From IMG/VR virus record IMGVR_UViG_3300023440_000002, positions 32,001 to 96,000 of that record: DNA of 64,000 nucleotides, one strand, 5' to 3'. Made by a program: the position numbers and the translations under genes. The stretch is from a virus. Below are positions 29,042 to 39,492 of the stretch, in pieces. The notes under the pieces are model-generated. The model had not been told where the DNA came from and did not search any database. It worked only from the letters and a program-made list of their open reading frames with translations. Every line of letters begins with the position of its first letter. Position 1 is the first letter of the stretch.

Positions 29042-32000
29042 TTATTTTGTCCAATTTTCATAGTGTCTTGTTGGGTTGTGGGGGATATCAGTTCTTCTGA
29101 TTGAATCCATAGCGCGAACGATTTTGTTTGCCGGTTGAACACTGCGAATTACTCCCTCATATCTAACTGTGACTTCAGAGCCACCTTTAATGTCTTTTAT
29201 TTTAATTATGTAGTTAATATTAATCCACACCCCTACTTTTATCTCTAGCATCATAACTCTACCTCCTTAAACCCATTAAAGTTTTCGGCGTATTCATCTA
29301 AAGCTAGCTCAGCTTTGAGTTTGTCTTGCTTACTTAAACCTTCCGGAAGTCCAACTTCCAAAAAACTAAAACCCGACATAGGAAACCCTCTATTGCCGTC
29401 TGCGTCAGCCCCATAGTTTGGGTCACTCCAGTATTCAATTATAGCAGACAGCTCGTGCTCTTCGCCTTTCTCGTCTGCCCAGTCAACATAAATAACTACC
29501 GTTTCGTTTTTCATTTCTCCACCTTAATGTAAAGTTTCTTTGTTTACCTTGAAGTTGACACTAATTGCCTTAGATCCCTCATCAATCAGCCTCATCAGAG
29601 ATTCAGGTGATGTTGAAATATTAATTACATTGGAATAAGCAGTAGTGTTCTTGTTCGCTAAACAAAGGTCGCAAAAATCCGTAAGTTTCGAGGTTTGGCT
29701 TTTGTTGAGTGCCCTTATTTTGTTTTGACCTATAATTGCGACATCTACGGTTGTCGCTTTTACGAAATTGTCGATATTTATAGGTTCGTTAGATTCTAGT
29801 TTTGCTCGCTCTACGTCAGCCATCATAACGCAAGCCCCTTTTGGGTGAATAAGCCACTGAACTCTACCTTCAGTTTTTAGGGCTACCTCATCACTTAATT
29901 TCATTTCTTCTAGCATTAGGTTGGCTGCCAAATCTTCTGATGTAGCAGACTTATTAATCAAACTAGACCATAAACCCTTCTTTCCATACCTTTCGAAAAA
30001 ATCAACCTGAAGGTTGGCTCTTTGTTTTTGTTCTAGGGTTAACCCCTTAATGATTTTGGTAGCTCTTTTCAGCACATCGTTTTTTTTGATCTCTTTAGAT
30101 GCATTAAGGATATTTCTTTTTTGCTCTTCTGTGCATCCTTCAAGCACCTTATCTAATTCGTCTTTATTTAAAACTATCGTCTCATCTTTCATGGTAAACC
30201 CTTCCCGGATTATGATTTGCTGCAACAGTCGCCTGCTTGCTGGTATGTGTAGTATTTAAGTTCGCACTCTTTGCATTGATGGTTTTTTGGTTGAGCTTTT
30301 CCGTCCGAGATAGTGTATTTGTATGGCACATTGCTCATTTTAAGCATCTGCACCAGATCTTCTGCGTGCTCTCTTTCGTCGAATTGCTCGGTTCGACCTT
30401 GAAATATAACTAAATGAGGCATCTTAATTCCTTCTTCAATTACCTTATCGGTTGTTTTTGGCTAAATCTTTAGCTTTAGTTGCGCTTTTCCAAAAAATTA
30501 TAATAGCTTCTTTGTCTGCCAGTAAAAAAGAGGTGTAATGACTCCTATAAACCGACTCTAGATTCAACAGGGCTTTATCTGTTATGTTGACGTACTCCTC
30601 TTCTGGAATCGTATCAAGCATATAAGCCAACATACTTCCGGCTTTATATGTATCTATCGTCGCCCCGCTAGACCATTTGCCGGTTAAGGTAGCTCTTGAG
30701 TATAAAGCTATAAGCCGGCTAAATCTAGCCCCTTCGGTTTTTGCTTTTCTGGTTTTGTTTGTTTTAGTTTTAAGCTTATCGACTAGTTCGTCGTAAGTGA
30801 AATTAAAGAAAATGTCCGTTACTTCACCTAATTCGGTGACCACTGGAGAATCCACAGGCGCTTCCAAGCTAAGAATATCCCCTTTTCTTAGTGTTACTTT
30901 TCTTCCTTCTGTTGCTTTCATGGCTAATCTCCGTAAACTGACGAACTACTGAAGAAAAAATCCCGCATCTTTTCTTTTTCGGTTGGTTCGTTTTCTGACT
31001 CTGTGAAGCCCTCTACGGCTTGGAACTGACTGGAATCAGCTCTTCTTATTAAGTCCATAAAGGTCGAATAAGTTACTTCTGGTTTGGGGCATGTCGAAAA
31101 ATAATCATCGATGTTTCGACTTATTATGTCGAAACCTTCATCGGCCGCATTGACTTCTAGCCAAGCCCCCAAAGAAGGAGCTATCACTCTAACGTGATCT
31201 AAATCTTTCGTTAGTTCTTTAATTTGACCTATTCTTTCTGGCGCTGACAAAACAGACAGCCAAACCTTGCATTCTTTCATTTTCATTGTCCGTTTACCAT
31301 CCCAATCACAATCATAGCTAAAAGGTTCATCTCAATCAAAACAAAAACAATAATCAGAGTAGCTCCGATATCTTCCAGTAGCTTTACCATTTTAGGGTTA
31401 TCTTCCTTTCGAGCTTTAACCCAAAGACGAGATAACATATAGAGACATATTACGATGATAATAAAAACTATAAACATCACTAACTCCTTATTGTTCTTAT
31501 CGGGTGTTCGGTGAGAAAACTTTAGCTAAAAACTTCAAGATTGTTCTTTTATCCATTTAGCTAGGTTTTCATAGGCGAACTGTAACGCTTTTTTGTGTGA
31601 TCTTGCCACGCCTTCAATATGATGAACCCTACCGAAAGGGGTTTCTACGCATGCTGTTACGTATCCTTTTTCTGGTACATCTTGAATAAACCAGGTGACG
31701 GTATCAAATGCGTCACCGTCTCGATCTTTAATTGATTCTAAATCTTCTGATAGTGTTGTTGTTCTCATGGTTAATCTCCGTAAACTGACGAACTACTGAA
31801 GAAAAAATCCCGCATCTTTTCTTTTTCGGTTCGCTCTTCTTTTTTTGGCATTCTAGGCGTAATAGGCGTGGTGGGTTCATATGTGACAGTTCTGGCTTCG
31901 GCAATCTCCTTCGTTAGCCCTCCCTTATCTACCACCATATAACCTGAAATGTCAATATTTGACGAATTAATAAACTCGGCAACAATATGACCATTATCAG

Positions 32001-32154
32001 TGTTTTCAAAAATAATAGCATCATTTGGACTATCTGGGGTGTTTAGGTTTGTTTTAGTTGAAATGCCGAAATCCCGAGACAACCATATAGATAAATGACG
32101 AGACACCCCACACCCTGAAATAAAATACATGATCAGGTTACTCTCCAGTCTCAT
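29042..32154 (-). other. Cluster of nine small hypothetical genes (29042-29254, 29251-29514, 29524-30225, 30210-30422, 30445-30921, 30924-31286, 31283-31480, 31535-31768, 31771-32154)
   Basis: Tightly packed co-oriented ORFs with no recognisable family. Sigma-28-like promoters with 12-nt spacers at 30445-30472 and 31497-31524. Confidence 0.6.
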
Positions 32155-32306
32155 CCGCCACCTCTTTATTTTTCATTTTTAAGGCCAGAGATTCTAAGGC
32201 GTACCTTATGGATGTGTTTTTATTTATTGAGATGCCTTCACCTTCTAGGTTTGTGAATTCCGGAAAAGATATGGTAGTCAAATAGCATCCTCTTTTTTTA
32301 TCCATC

Positions 32307-33167
32307 TTAATCATAGCTTTTAATTCCTATTTCATTCCCGGATCTAAACTCTAGGGCTTTATATAGCTCCACAACTTCCGGGGTTTTTAAGCAAAGTTCG
32401 CTAACTTTAAGTTGATCAATACTCAACCCTAGGTTTATGTGGGTTTTAATATCAACCAAAGATTTAGATAAATACGCATTATCTTTACCTTTAATTAGGT
32501 TCGCAGGTAACGCATTACCTTTAATGTTGGTGATGTTTTGGTAAACTCCATCCAATGTTCCGAACTCATTCAGCAAAGCAGAAGCTTTTTTTGCCCCCAC
32601 TCCTTTCACTCCTGGCACATTATCGGCAGCATCACCCATTAAAGATAAATAATCGATCATTTGATTGGCTTCGATACCCAACTTGAGATTAACCCCTTCA
32701 GCTCCAACGAAAGGCTTATCTGTCCACCCTAATGATACGTTAGGGTGGTCGAGGAGCTGCATGAAGTCCTTATCTGAGGATAGAATACCAACCTCTGCGT
32801 CGTCTTGAAAGAACCTTACAGCCGACCCTATGACGTCATCAGCCTCAAACCCCTTGCATTCAATCAAATGAATACCCATACGCTTGAACATATCGTAATA
32901 GTCTGGAATCTGCTCTAGGAATTCTGGATCTTTCGGCTTCCGTCCCGCCTTATATTCCGGATACATATCGTGTCTGAAGGTAGGGCCTGGGGCGTCGGTT
33001 ACCGCCAAGAAATGGGTGGGTTTTATTAGCTGGAAAACATCCACCATGAAGTTTCTAGCTCCGAAAACCATACCGGTATGTCTACCTTTGGAGTTCATTA
33101 GTTCTTTATGAACCCAATAGCATTTATGTGCCAGGTTCATTACGTCCAATATTAACAACTTAGTCAT
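32307..33167 (-). CDS. 5'-3' exonuclease / flap endonuclease (Pol I N-terminal-like)
   Basis: 'FRHDMYPEYKAGR', 'FEADDVIG', 'SSDKDFMQL', 'LMGDAADNVPGVKGVGAKKA'. Confidence 0.95.
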   Translation of the reverse strand: MTKLLILDVMNLAHKCYWVHKELMNSKGRHTGMVFGARNFMVDVFQLIKPTHFLAVTDAPGPTFRHDMYPEYKAGRKPKDPEFLEQIPDYYDMFKRMGIHLIECKGFEADDVIGSAVRFFQDDAEVGILSSDKDFMQLLDHPNVSLGWTDKPFVGAEGVNLKLGIEANQMIDYLSLMGDAADNVPGVKGVGAKKASALLNEFGTLDGVYQNITNIKGNALPANLIKGKDNAYLSKSLVDIKTHINLGLSIDQLKVSELCLKTPEVVELYKALEFRSGNEIGIKSYD

Positions 33168-33236
33168 TAAAGTGAAACCCCAAAAAAAGAATTACAATTG
33201 AAATCACTATAACGGCAATCCCCAACTCTGAATAAC

Positions 33237-33512
33237 TCATGTTTCCATCCGGTACATATAGGATTGATTACTGAACCCGCCTTCGCGTTTACATATCACT
33301 GTATGTCCGCCATATTTTTCCTTACGTAAATCCCTAAGTCTGGCTGAAACCGAAGCATCTGAACCGCCGCAAGAGTTTTTAATCTCCGACAGTTCATGCC
33401 ACTCACCGTCACTCATAGCATCACGAACCCGATCTAGCAGTGTTCCTCCGACTTGAGCGATTACTGGACTTGGAACCCCGAGACCGAAAATACCTTTGAT
33501 TGCATTAAACAT
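33237..33512 (-). CDS. Small winged-HTH-like protein
   Basis: 'MSDGEWHELSEI...ASVSARLRDLRK'. Confidence 0.55.
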   Translation of the reverse strand: MFNAIKGIFGLGVPSPVIAQVGGTLLDRVRDAMSDGEWHELSEIKNSCGGSDASVSARLRDLRKEKYGGHTVICKREGGFSNQSYMYRMET

Positions 33513-33522
33513 AACTAACCCT

Positions 33523-33924
33523 TTAATATGACTTGAAAACCGCATAACCCAATGAAACTAAAGCGTCATTGATATTGGTTTCGTTAATGAAAAGTTCGGC
33601 TATATACCTGCCGTACTTACCTTTTTTGATTTTAGTCGTCCGAATGGAAATGTCGGCAGCTGGATTAGAATAAACCTGAGACTTAAGCCAAACTTTAGCT
33701 TCCAGCCCCTTAGCTTTCATCTTCGGAGTTGTCCCTCTACCTAAACGGGTTTCGTAGGCGTCAATTCTAGCTAGGCGGATATCTAACCCCTTAAAGGTTA
33801 TTCCGAACCCTAAATCGACATCCACAATAATACTGTCACCGTCTTTAACCCTTACGACTTTTACTTTATATTCAAACACATTACACCTGCCACAAAGCAA
33901 TATCTTCTGGTACGTTAGCTTCAA
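33523..33924 (-). CDS. Thermonuclease (SNase) family protein
   Basis: 'VVRVKDGDSI.VDVDLGF', 'IRLARIDAYE', 'GKYGRYIA', 'INDALVSLGYA'. True start is probably the GTG near 33879. Confidence 0.9.
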   Translation of the reverse strand: MKLTYQKILLCGRCNVFEYKVKVVRVKDGDSIIVDVDLGFGITFKGLDIRLARIDAYETRLGRGTTPKMKAKGLEAKVWLKSQVYSNPAADISIRTTKIKKGKYGRYIAELFINETNINDALVSLGYAVFKSY

Positions 33925-35131
33925 CCCAGTCGATCATGATAGTTCGAGCTTCTTTAATACTTATGCTTCTGTTTTTAATGTCGATACTTTCCCACACATA
34001 TGAGATGGCCGTAATCCAGTTTTCAGGTAGAGCTTCGTCCCATGCTGTAGGAGAAGGTTTACCTTTAATTTGGTGAATAATATCATCCTCGACTCGAAGT
34101 TTAGTTTTCGAAGAAAACGACCTGAATGTTGAACCGACAGCGCAAACTTTACATTTATATTCCGATATAGGTAACCGGCTATCTTCATACATACTAACTT
34201 TAACCCAAGTCCCAAAACCTAAAGGTTCTGTTGCTAATGCTTCAACTAAGTCTTCTTTGTAAATGTTCATTTAAGTTACTCTCCAGTGGTGTAATATTTT
34301 CCATTTAACGTTTCTAAACTTTCTGCATTGCAAATATAAGATATTTCTTTTCGCCAACTTAAGGGTAGATTTGACAGGTCGCCGGACTCATCAAAAGACC
34401 AAGCTTTTTGACACTCACCCCTAAACCTAGCTAAGAATACCTCTTTTTCTTTGTAAGGTAAAGCTGTTTTTGTCGAAAAAGATATACTTTTATGATGCAG
34501 CTTACTTTGCGACTCTATCAGGTAATTTAACGTTCCGTCATCTTCTTTACCTGCTATAGATATCGACACGTAAACCATAAATACCATTTTAACCCACATA
34601 ACAACCCCTATTCTGGATCTCTAGGTATACCAACAGGGCGTTTAACGACCTTACTTCCTAGATATCTATCCCAATTTCTATTTCTTTCTTCGTCGTAGCT
34701 TTTCCTTAGTTTGCGTAGCTCGTCGCTGAGATTATTAATCGCAGCAAAGATAAGAACTAAAGAAAAGAACACAAAACTTAAACCAATACTAACCATATCT
34801 ATTCCTTTATAAATGATATTACCGTAACCTTATCCGAATTCGATATTTCTTTTTTGTTGTAGTATAAACGAAGAAAAGCTCGCAATGCCTCCTTAGTTAA
34901 CCCTTCGTTATCCAACACAAAATCCTCGGATAAGGAGCCAAAGCAAAGGTGCTGTATAGAGGTGACCCTCACTTTAATGTCTGGGGTTCCATCTACCAAT
35001 GTAGATATTATTGTAGTCTCACCTAAGGTTACCTTCTTTAATCCTAAACGCACCGTCGATTTTTTCAACCCGCACTCAACTAAGGTCATCCAAACTTCGT
35101 CCAGCATTAAAACCTGTTTATTATCTTTCAC
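33881..35131 (-). other. Four small hypothetical genes (33881-34270, 34276-34599, 34608-34796, 34799-35131; the last possibly ASCH/PUA-like)
   Basis: Packed co-oriented ORFs; 'GLKKSTVRLG' weakly suggests ASCH. Confidence 0.5.
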
Positions 35132-35335
35132 AGTTCCGCCTCATCAGTAATAAGTAATAATACACCAATAGACGCGAAAGCATAGAAAGGGTAAATAAAC
35201 CGCAGAGCACCCTCATGCATATCAAAATACAAAAACATTAACACATCACCCAAAACTACACCAAAAAAAATAAGAACATTGACAAAAAATGAGGTTTTTA
35301 GCATATCAACTCCCTTAATGTTAAACCTGTTACTC

Positions 35336-35362
35336 TTATCGGTTGTTTAATATAAAACTTTA
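35336..35362 (-). promoter_or_regulatory. Sigma-28-type promoter
   Basis: Reverse complement TAAAGTTT-N11-ACCGATAA. Confidence 0.8.
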
Positions 35363-35364
35363 GG

Positions 35365-35727
35365 TTAAACTTCTAGTGCTGCTGGTGATGTCATCAGTTT
35401 GTTATTCTTATATTCAACCCACTTAGCAAATAACACAGGCTCTTTGGTGTCCATCCGGATGAATGAATCACCTTCGTAGGGGTTATATCTTATTTCAACC
35501 GTGGCGTCAGTAGCTGGATGTTTATCGTCTGTTGTGTACACCGCACAAGCTACGTAAGCGTGCACGTTTTTGCGTTTTTCTTTTAAAACTCTTTCCCTGC
35601 CCTTTTGAGACACCTTGAATTCTACCGAAAAAGCTATTAAAGAGTTTGGACGTTCAATAACTAAACCCTTAAACTTAACCGACGCACATTTTTTATGTAG
35701 GTTTCTGTAGACGTAATATTTAGCCAT
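35365..35727 (-). CDS. Conserved phage hypothetical protein
   Basis: 'VYRNLHK', 'FKVSQKGRERVLKEKRKNVHAY', 'YNPY'. Confidence 0.65.
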   Translation of the reverse strand: MAKYYVYRNLHKKCASVKFKGLVIERPNSLIAFSVEFKVSQKGRERVLKEKRKNVHAYVACAVYTTDDKHPATDATVEIRYNPYEGDSFIRMDTKEPVLFAKWVEYKNNKLMTSPAALEV

Positions 35728-35801
35728 AACTTTACCCTATGAAAACCAATATCATTAATAATACCCAAATTACGGCCATTGCTAAAACAGTATAATTCAC
35801 T

Positions 35802-35993
35802 TTAATTTCCTTCCAGGTCTAAATCTTTAGGCGTACCAACAGGACGCTTAATAACCTTGCTTGCTAGATATTTATCTCAATCTCTTTCTTCGTCGTAGCT
35901 TTTTCTAAGTTTTTTTAGTTCATTGAGTATATCCATCATAACCCAAATTGTCCAAGATGTAACTACTACAGCTAAAAATATATTCATTATCAT
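35802..35993 (-). pseudogene. Paralog of 34608..34796 interrupted by an in-frame TGA
   Basis: NELKKLRKSYDEERD*DKYLASKVIKRPVGTP versus DELRKLRKSYDEERNRNWDRYLGSKVVKRPVGIP; TGA at 35877-35879. Confidence 0.6.
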
Positions 35994-36009
35994 CACACAT
36001 CCTTTGGTT

Positions 36010-36063
36010 AAGTCTCATCAGTTACGTCATCAACGTAAGACCACCCGAAGGTGGTTTCGACTT
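36010..36063 (-). ncRNA. Type II hammerhead ribozyme
   Basis: Minus strand reads AAGUC-GAAA-CCACC-UUCG-GGUGG-UC-UUACGU-UGAUG-ACGUAA-CUGAUGA-GACUU. The full catalytic core and three perfectly paired stems are present. Confidence 0.9.
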
Positions 36064-36065
36064 GG

Positions 36066-38060
36066 TTAATCGTCATCACTCGCAAGAGGTGATGGGCAGG
36101 TTACAGTTGGGATACTAAGAATTCTGGTTCGTGTAGACCAGTGATAGTGACCACCACCACCATGATAATATTTATATCGCTCTGATATAGCCACTGTGGA
36201 TACAGTCACGCTACACACTAAGTCAGGGTTTGATTCTAGAGCCGCGATAGCATCCGAGTTAGCCTGAATCAATGCGGTTAGTGTTTCGATGCTACCACCA
36301 GCACCAGAGATACTCTCAATGTCCGCCTGAACTTGAGTGTCATCATAAACAGTATCTGAATCATTTGCATCGGCGTAATCGTTAGCTGCTTGTTCAGCGT
36401 CATCAATTGCTTGAAGTAATGATGTATTTTGAGCATCTAGATCAGTTTGCAAATCATCAATCCTATTTGATAATGCTAAGTCAGCTCCATCAATATAACC
36501 CTTAGCTAGCAACAACACTTGATAAGCTACGTCATTTTGATAAGAGTTCTCAGAGTCAATATACAACTCTAATGTGCTAACCGCAGATGCTAATGCTTGA
36601 TCTTGTCTTCCATTTTCAGAGTCAACATAAGATCTCAACAACTGATCAGCTAATTCGCTAGCTGCCTGATTAGTATCAACATCTAATTGCAGTCTATCAA
36701 TCATCGCTACCAAGCTTGACCTTAATGCGCCGTCTTGTCTGTCTGCATAAGCCTTAGCAGATTGTTCAGATCTAGAGATTCTGTGTTCTAAAGAGTGAAC
36801 TGCCGAATTTAGCCGTCTAGACATTCTTGAATCTAATCGCCTGATCTTGTATCGCAATCTTCTCTTTACTCGTCGAATTTTAGATCGCAACTCACTTTCA
36901 AGGATGTCATCTTGATTGTCAGCGTACAATTTAGCAGCTTGTTCAGCTTGTCCAATTTCAACCCTCAGTTGAGCAAGTTCAGTTGCTAGTACTGTATCTT
37001 GATCTGTATTTGCTTGATTTAGGATACCTACAGCTTCCTGCAAAGCAGCTTCAGCGAGACTTACTGATTCAGCATCTCCTTCAGAAATTGCTGTGTTCAG
37101 GTTAGATATTGCAGTTGCTAGTACTGTATCTTGATCTGTATTTGCTTGATTTAGATCTTCGAGCATTGCAGCTATCGCGACTTCAATTTCACCTTTGGCT
37201 GTATTTAGTGCGTCCATTAGCTCCATATCAGCCTCTTCCATGTCGGATCGTAAAGAGTCCATATCGCTATCGACATCCCGAAACTCACCATCCACCAATA
37301 TAGCTCTTAATTCTGCTTCCAGTTCTAACTGGCTAATCAAAACAGTATGCGCTGATGATTGAGCCTCTTCAGCACTTAGACGCGACTCACTATTAGCCAT
37401 CCGCTCATCAGCAAGCTTCTCAGCTGCTAATCTATCCAAACGCTCTTGTTCGGCCTGATTTTGCAGTCGCTTAAGCTCCTCTCGCTCTTCTCGGTTAGGA
37501 TCTCTCATTTGATCAAGTCGATCGGTGGTATAGCCTTTGGTTATCTCACCTTTGCGCCGAACCTTACCTTCGTAGTCATCGAATTGCTTGCTGAAAGCAT
37601 CTCCGGTGATATTACGATCTCCAGTATAGCCGGCAGCTTTATTTTTGCTAGCTGAAACTTTGTCTTTGTTGTTCATATAACCAGAGTCAACTTTATCCCG
37701 ACTATTAACGTAACCTTTGTCGGTATCGCTAACTGTGTCGTTTTCAAAGTTTTGAAGGTCTTCGCCAGTCATATTCCGATCATTCATATAACCAGAAGCT
37801 TTCTTATCTGTGGCAACAACCTTCTCTTTCTGGTCAACATAACCTTTGTCGGTGTCACTCGCCACCTTGTTTTGGAAGTTTTGAAGATCTTCACCGGTCA
37901 TGTTGCGCTTAGTGAAGTAATCCTTAGCTCCTTCAGTACCAAACTCAAAAGTCGGAGCATTTAGTGAAACATCACTAACACCATTCATGCCATCAAGCTT
38001 CATCTCTTGAGTACCACACCCAAGGAATAACAATGCTAGCGTTAACAATAAATACTTCAT
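36066..38060 (-). CDS. Predicted lipoprotein with long coiled coil and internal repeats
   Basis: Start MKYLLLTLALLFLGC (lipobox) at 38060 with SD AGGAG. Repeats RNMTGEDLQNF..SDTDKGYV and LNQANTDQDTVLAT. Confidence 0.7.
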   Translation of the reverse strand: MKYLLLTLALLFLGCGTQEMKLDGMNGVSDVSLNAPTFEFGTEGAKDYFTKRNMTGEDLQNFQNKVASDTDKGYVDQKEKVVATDKKASGYMNDRNMTGEDLQNFENDTVSDTDKGYVNSRDKVDSGYMNNKDKVSASKNKAAGYTGDRNITGDAFSKQFDDYEGKVRRKGEITKGYTTDRLDQMRDPNREEREELKRLQNQAEQERLDRLAAEKLADERMANSESRLSAEEAQSSAHTVLISQLELEAELRAILVDGEFRDVDSDMDSLRSDMEEADMELMDALNTAKGEIEVAIAAMLEDLNQANTDQDTVLATAISNLNTAISEGDAESVSLAEAALQEAVGILNQANTDQDTVLATELAQLRVEIGQAEQAAKLYADNQDDILESELRSKIRRVKRRLRYKIRRLDSRMSRRLNSAVHSLEHRISRSEQSAKAYADRQDGALRSSLVAMIDRLQLDVDTNQAASELADQLLRSYVDSENGRQDQALASAVSTLELYIDSENSYQNDVAYQVLLLAKGYIDGADLALSNRIDDLQTDLDAQNTSLLQAIDDAEQAANDYADANDSDTVYDDTQVQADIESISGAGGSIETLTALIQANSDAIAALESNPDLVCSVTVSTVAISERYKYYHGGGGHYHWSTRTRILSIPTVTCPSPLASDDD

Positions 38061-38074
38061 TTTCTCTCCTAAAA

Positions 38075-38173
38075 AATTAAAAATAGGCGTGATTGCCAAG
38101 ATTAGTACTATTATCGGTTTATTTTCAAATAACTTTAGCGGTTTCTTATTATTTCTTCTACACCCTCAAAAGA
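38075..38173. repeat. 99-bp exact direct repeat, copy 1 (copy 2 at 39508-39606); contains a sigma-28-type promoter
   Basis: Identical sequence by eye; promoter TAAAGTTA-N11-ACCGATAA on - at 38111-38137 and 39544-39570. Confidence 0.9.
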
Positions 38174-38674
38174 TACGGAACAGCAGTGAGATGTTTCGCA
38201 CTTAGGGCATGCATTCTCAATAGATATGTATTCCCCACTTACTGAATCTTCTATTGTTCCGTCTATCAGTTCGGAATAGTCGAAAGTGGATTTACAATCA
38301 AAACACTTAACTTTTTTGGGTAGATATTCATACAGCCATTTCGGTTCCGGGGCCATAGACGTAAATACCTCATGAGGAGTATTTACTTCATAATCCCGCA
38401 AATTATATGCTTCCAACCCCTTCAGTTCAGTTTCAGTTAGCGGCCTACTTAAAACAACAACACATGTTTTATTTTTTGACCAGGTTTTTTGATAATCCAC
38501 TTTCCAGCACATTATGGCACCTATGGAGCCTAAACCTAAAGGTAAGGCCTCTTCAGGGTTACAGTCTAAAGTTAATGTTACCGTAGTTCTACCGCTAGGA
38601 ACCAAATATTGCGTTTCTCCTGCATCAGGATTCTTCTTTATGGAAGACTTCCTGATTTTTACTAAATACATCAT
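38135..38674 (-). CDS. Hypothetical protein with C-terminal zinc ribbon
   Basis: CFDC ... CPKC. Confidence 0.6.
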   Translation of the reverse strand: MMYLVKIRKSSIKKNPDAGETQYLVPSGRTTVTLTLDCNPEEALPLGLGSIGAIMCWKVDYQKTWSKNKTCVVVLSRPLTETELKGLEAYNLRDYEVNTPHEVFTSMAPEPKWLYEYLPKKVKCFDCKSTFDYSELIDGTIEDSVSGEYISIENACPKCETSHCCSVSFEGVEEIIRNR

Positions 38675-39492
38675 TGATTCATGACACTACGAACAAACTT
38701 AAAGATTTGCCCAGAAGCCCCTTTCGTAATTGCTTTGATTTCATCTTTGCTGCCTTTAATTTCGCCCTCATCGACAAGGTCTTTAGTGTATTGCTTAACA
38801 ATTAAACCTAAAGATTTAGGGAAGTTGCGGGTAAGAGCTTCATCTTTCGAAACCACCTTTTCTAATCTGATCGGCTGGCAAAGGTGAGAGTAATCAACCA
38901 CAACTCGAGATGTTTTAGTTTTTTTGTTTTTATCTCCACCAGTCCATTTGGTGCTTTCAGGTTCGAACACTTTTTTGTATCTTTGTCCGCCAATCATAAC
39001 CACAACACCTTCGACCCGCATAAAACCTTCAGCTCCTTCAACTTTAGATCCGCTAGTTTTAAGGGTTTCAGCTACTGTATTAATCATTGAACTAGATATG
39101 TCGTTTCCGTCGTAAAGTACCGGCACTGTACCTATGCGTTCTGGTAAAGACCTTTCGTATCTCCACCAGTCAAACAACAAAAACCTTCTCTCTTTTAGAC
39201 CTTCGCCAGAATTCACCCCTAAGCCACACCATTCACCGTCATGGCGACCTAAGCCTAACTTTTCGACAATCTCATCCTTGTTGCTGTAACAAAAAGAGGC
39301 GAACCCATAATTGTCGTTTTCTGGTGTTATGAATCTATTTCTAGAACCGCAAAGTAGGCCCTTAGATCCGTCTTCATTTTCGAATACTAGAATATGAGCA
39401 TTAGTTCCATGGATCTTCTGAGTTATAGTCATCCGAAGATCTCTGAGTTGTTTTATTTTCTTGAAAGACTTGAATTCTAAAGACATAAACAC
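38671..39492 (-). CDS. RNA ligase, Rnl2-like nucleotidyltransferase
   Basis: Motif I 'TQKIHGTN', 'GEWCG', 'FLLFD', motif IV 'EGVVV', motif V 'KK'. Confidence 0.8.
   Translation of the reverse strand: MFMSLEFKSFKKIKQLRDLRMTITQKIHGTNAHILVFENEDGSKGLLCGSRNRFITPENDNYGFASFCYSNKDEIVEKLGLGRHDGEWCGLGVNSGEGLKERRFLLFDWWRYERSLPERIGTVPVLYDGNDISSSMINTVAETLKTSGSKVEGAEGFMRVEGVVVMIGGQRYKKVFEPESTKWTGGDKNKKTKTSRVVVDYSHLCQPIRLEKVVSKDEALTRNFPKSLGLIVKQYTKDLVDEGEIKGSKDEIKAITKGASGQIFKFVRSVMNQ

Noticed and set aside
35120-35150. Second CTGATGA...GAAA on the - strand as a possible hammerhead
   Set aside because: No convincing stems I-III; the sequence is a gene junction (SD plus GTG start of 34799..35131).
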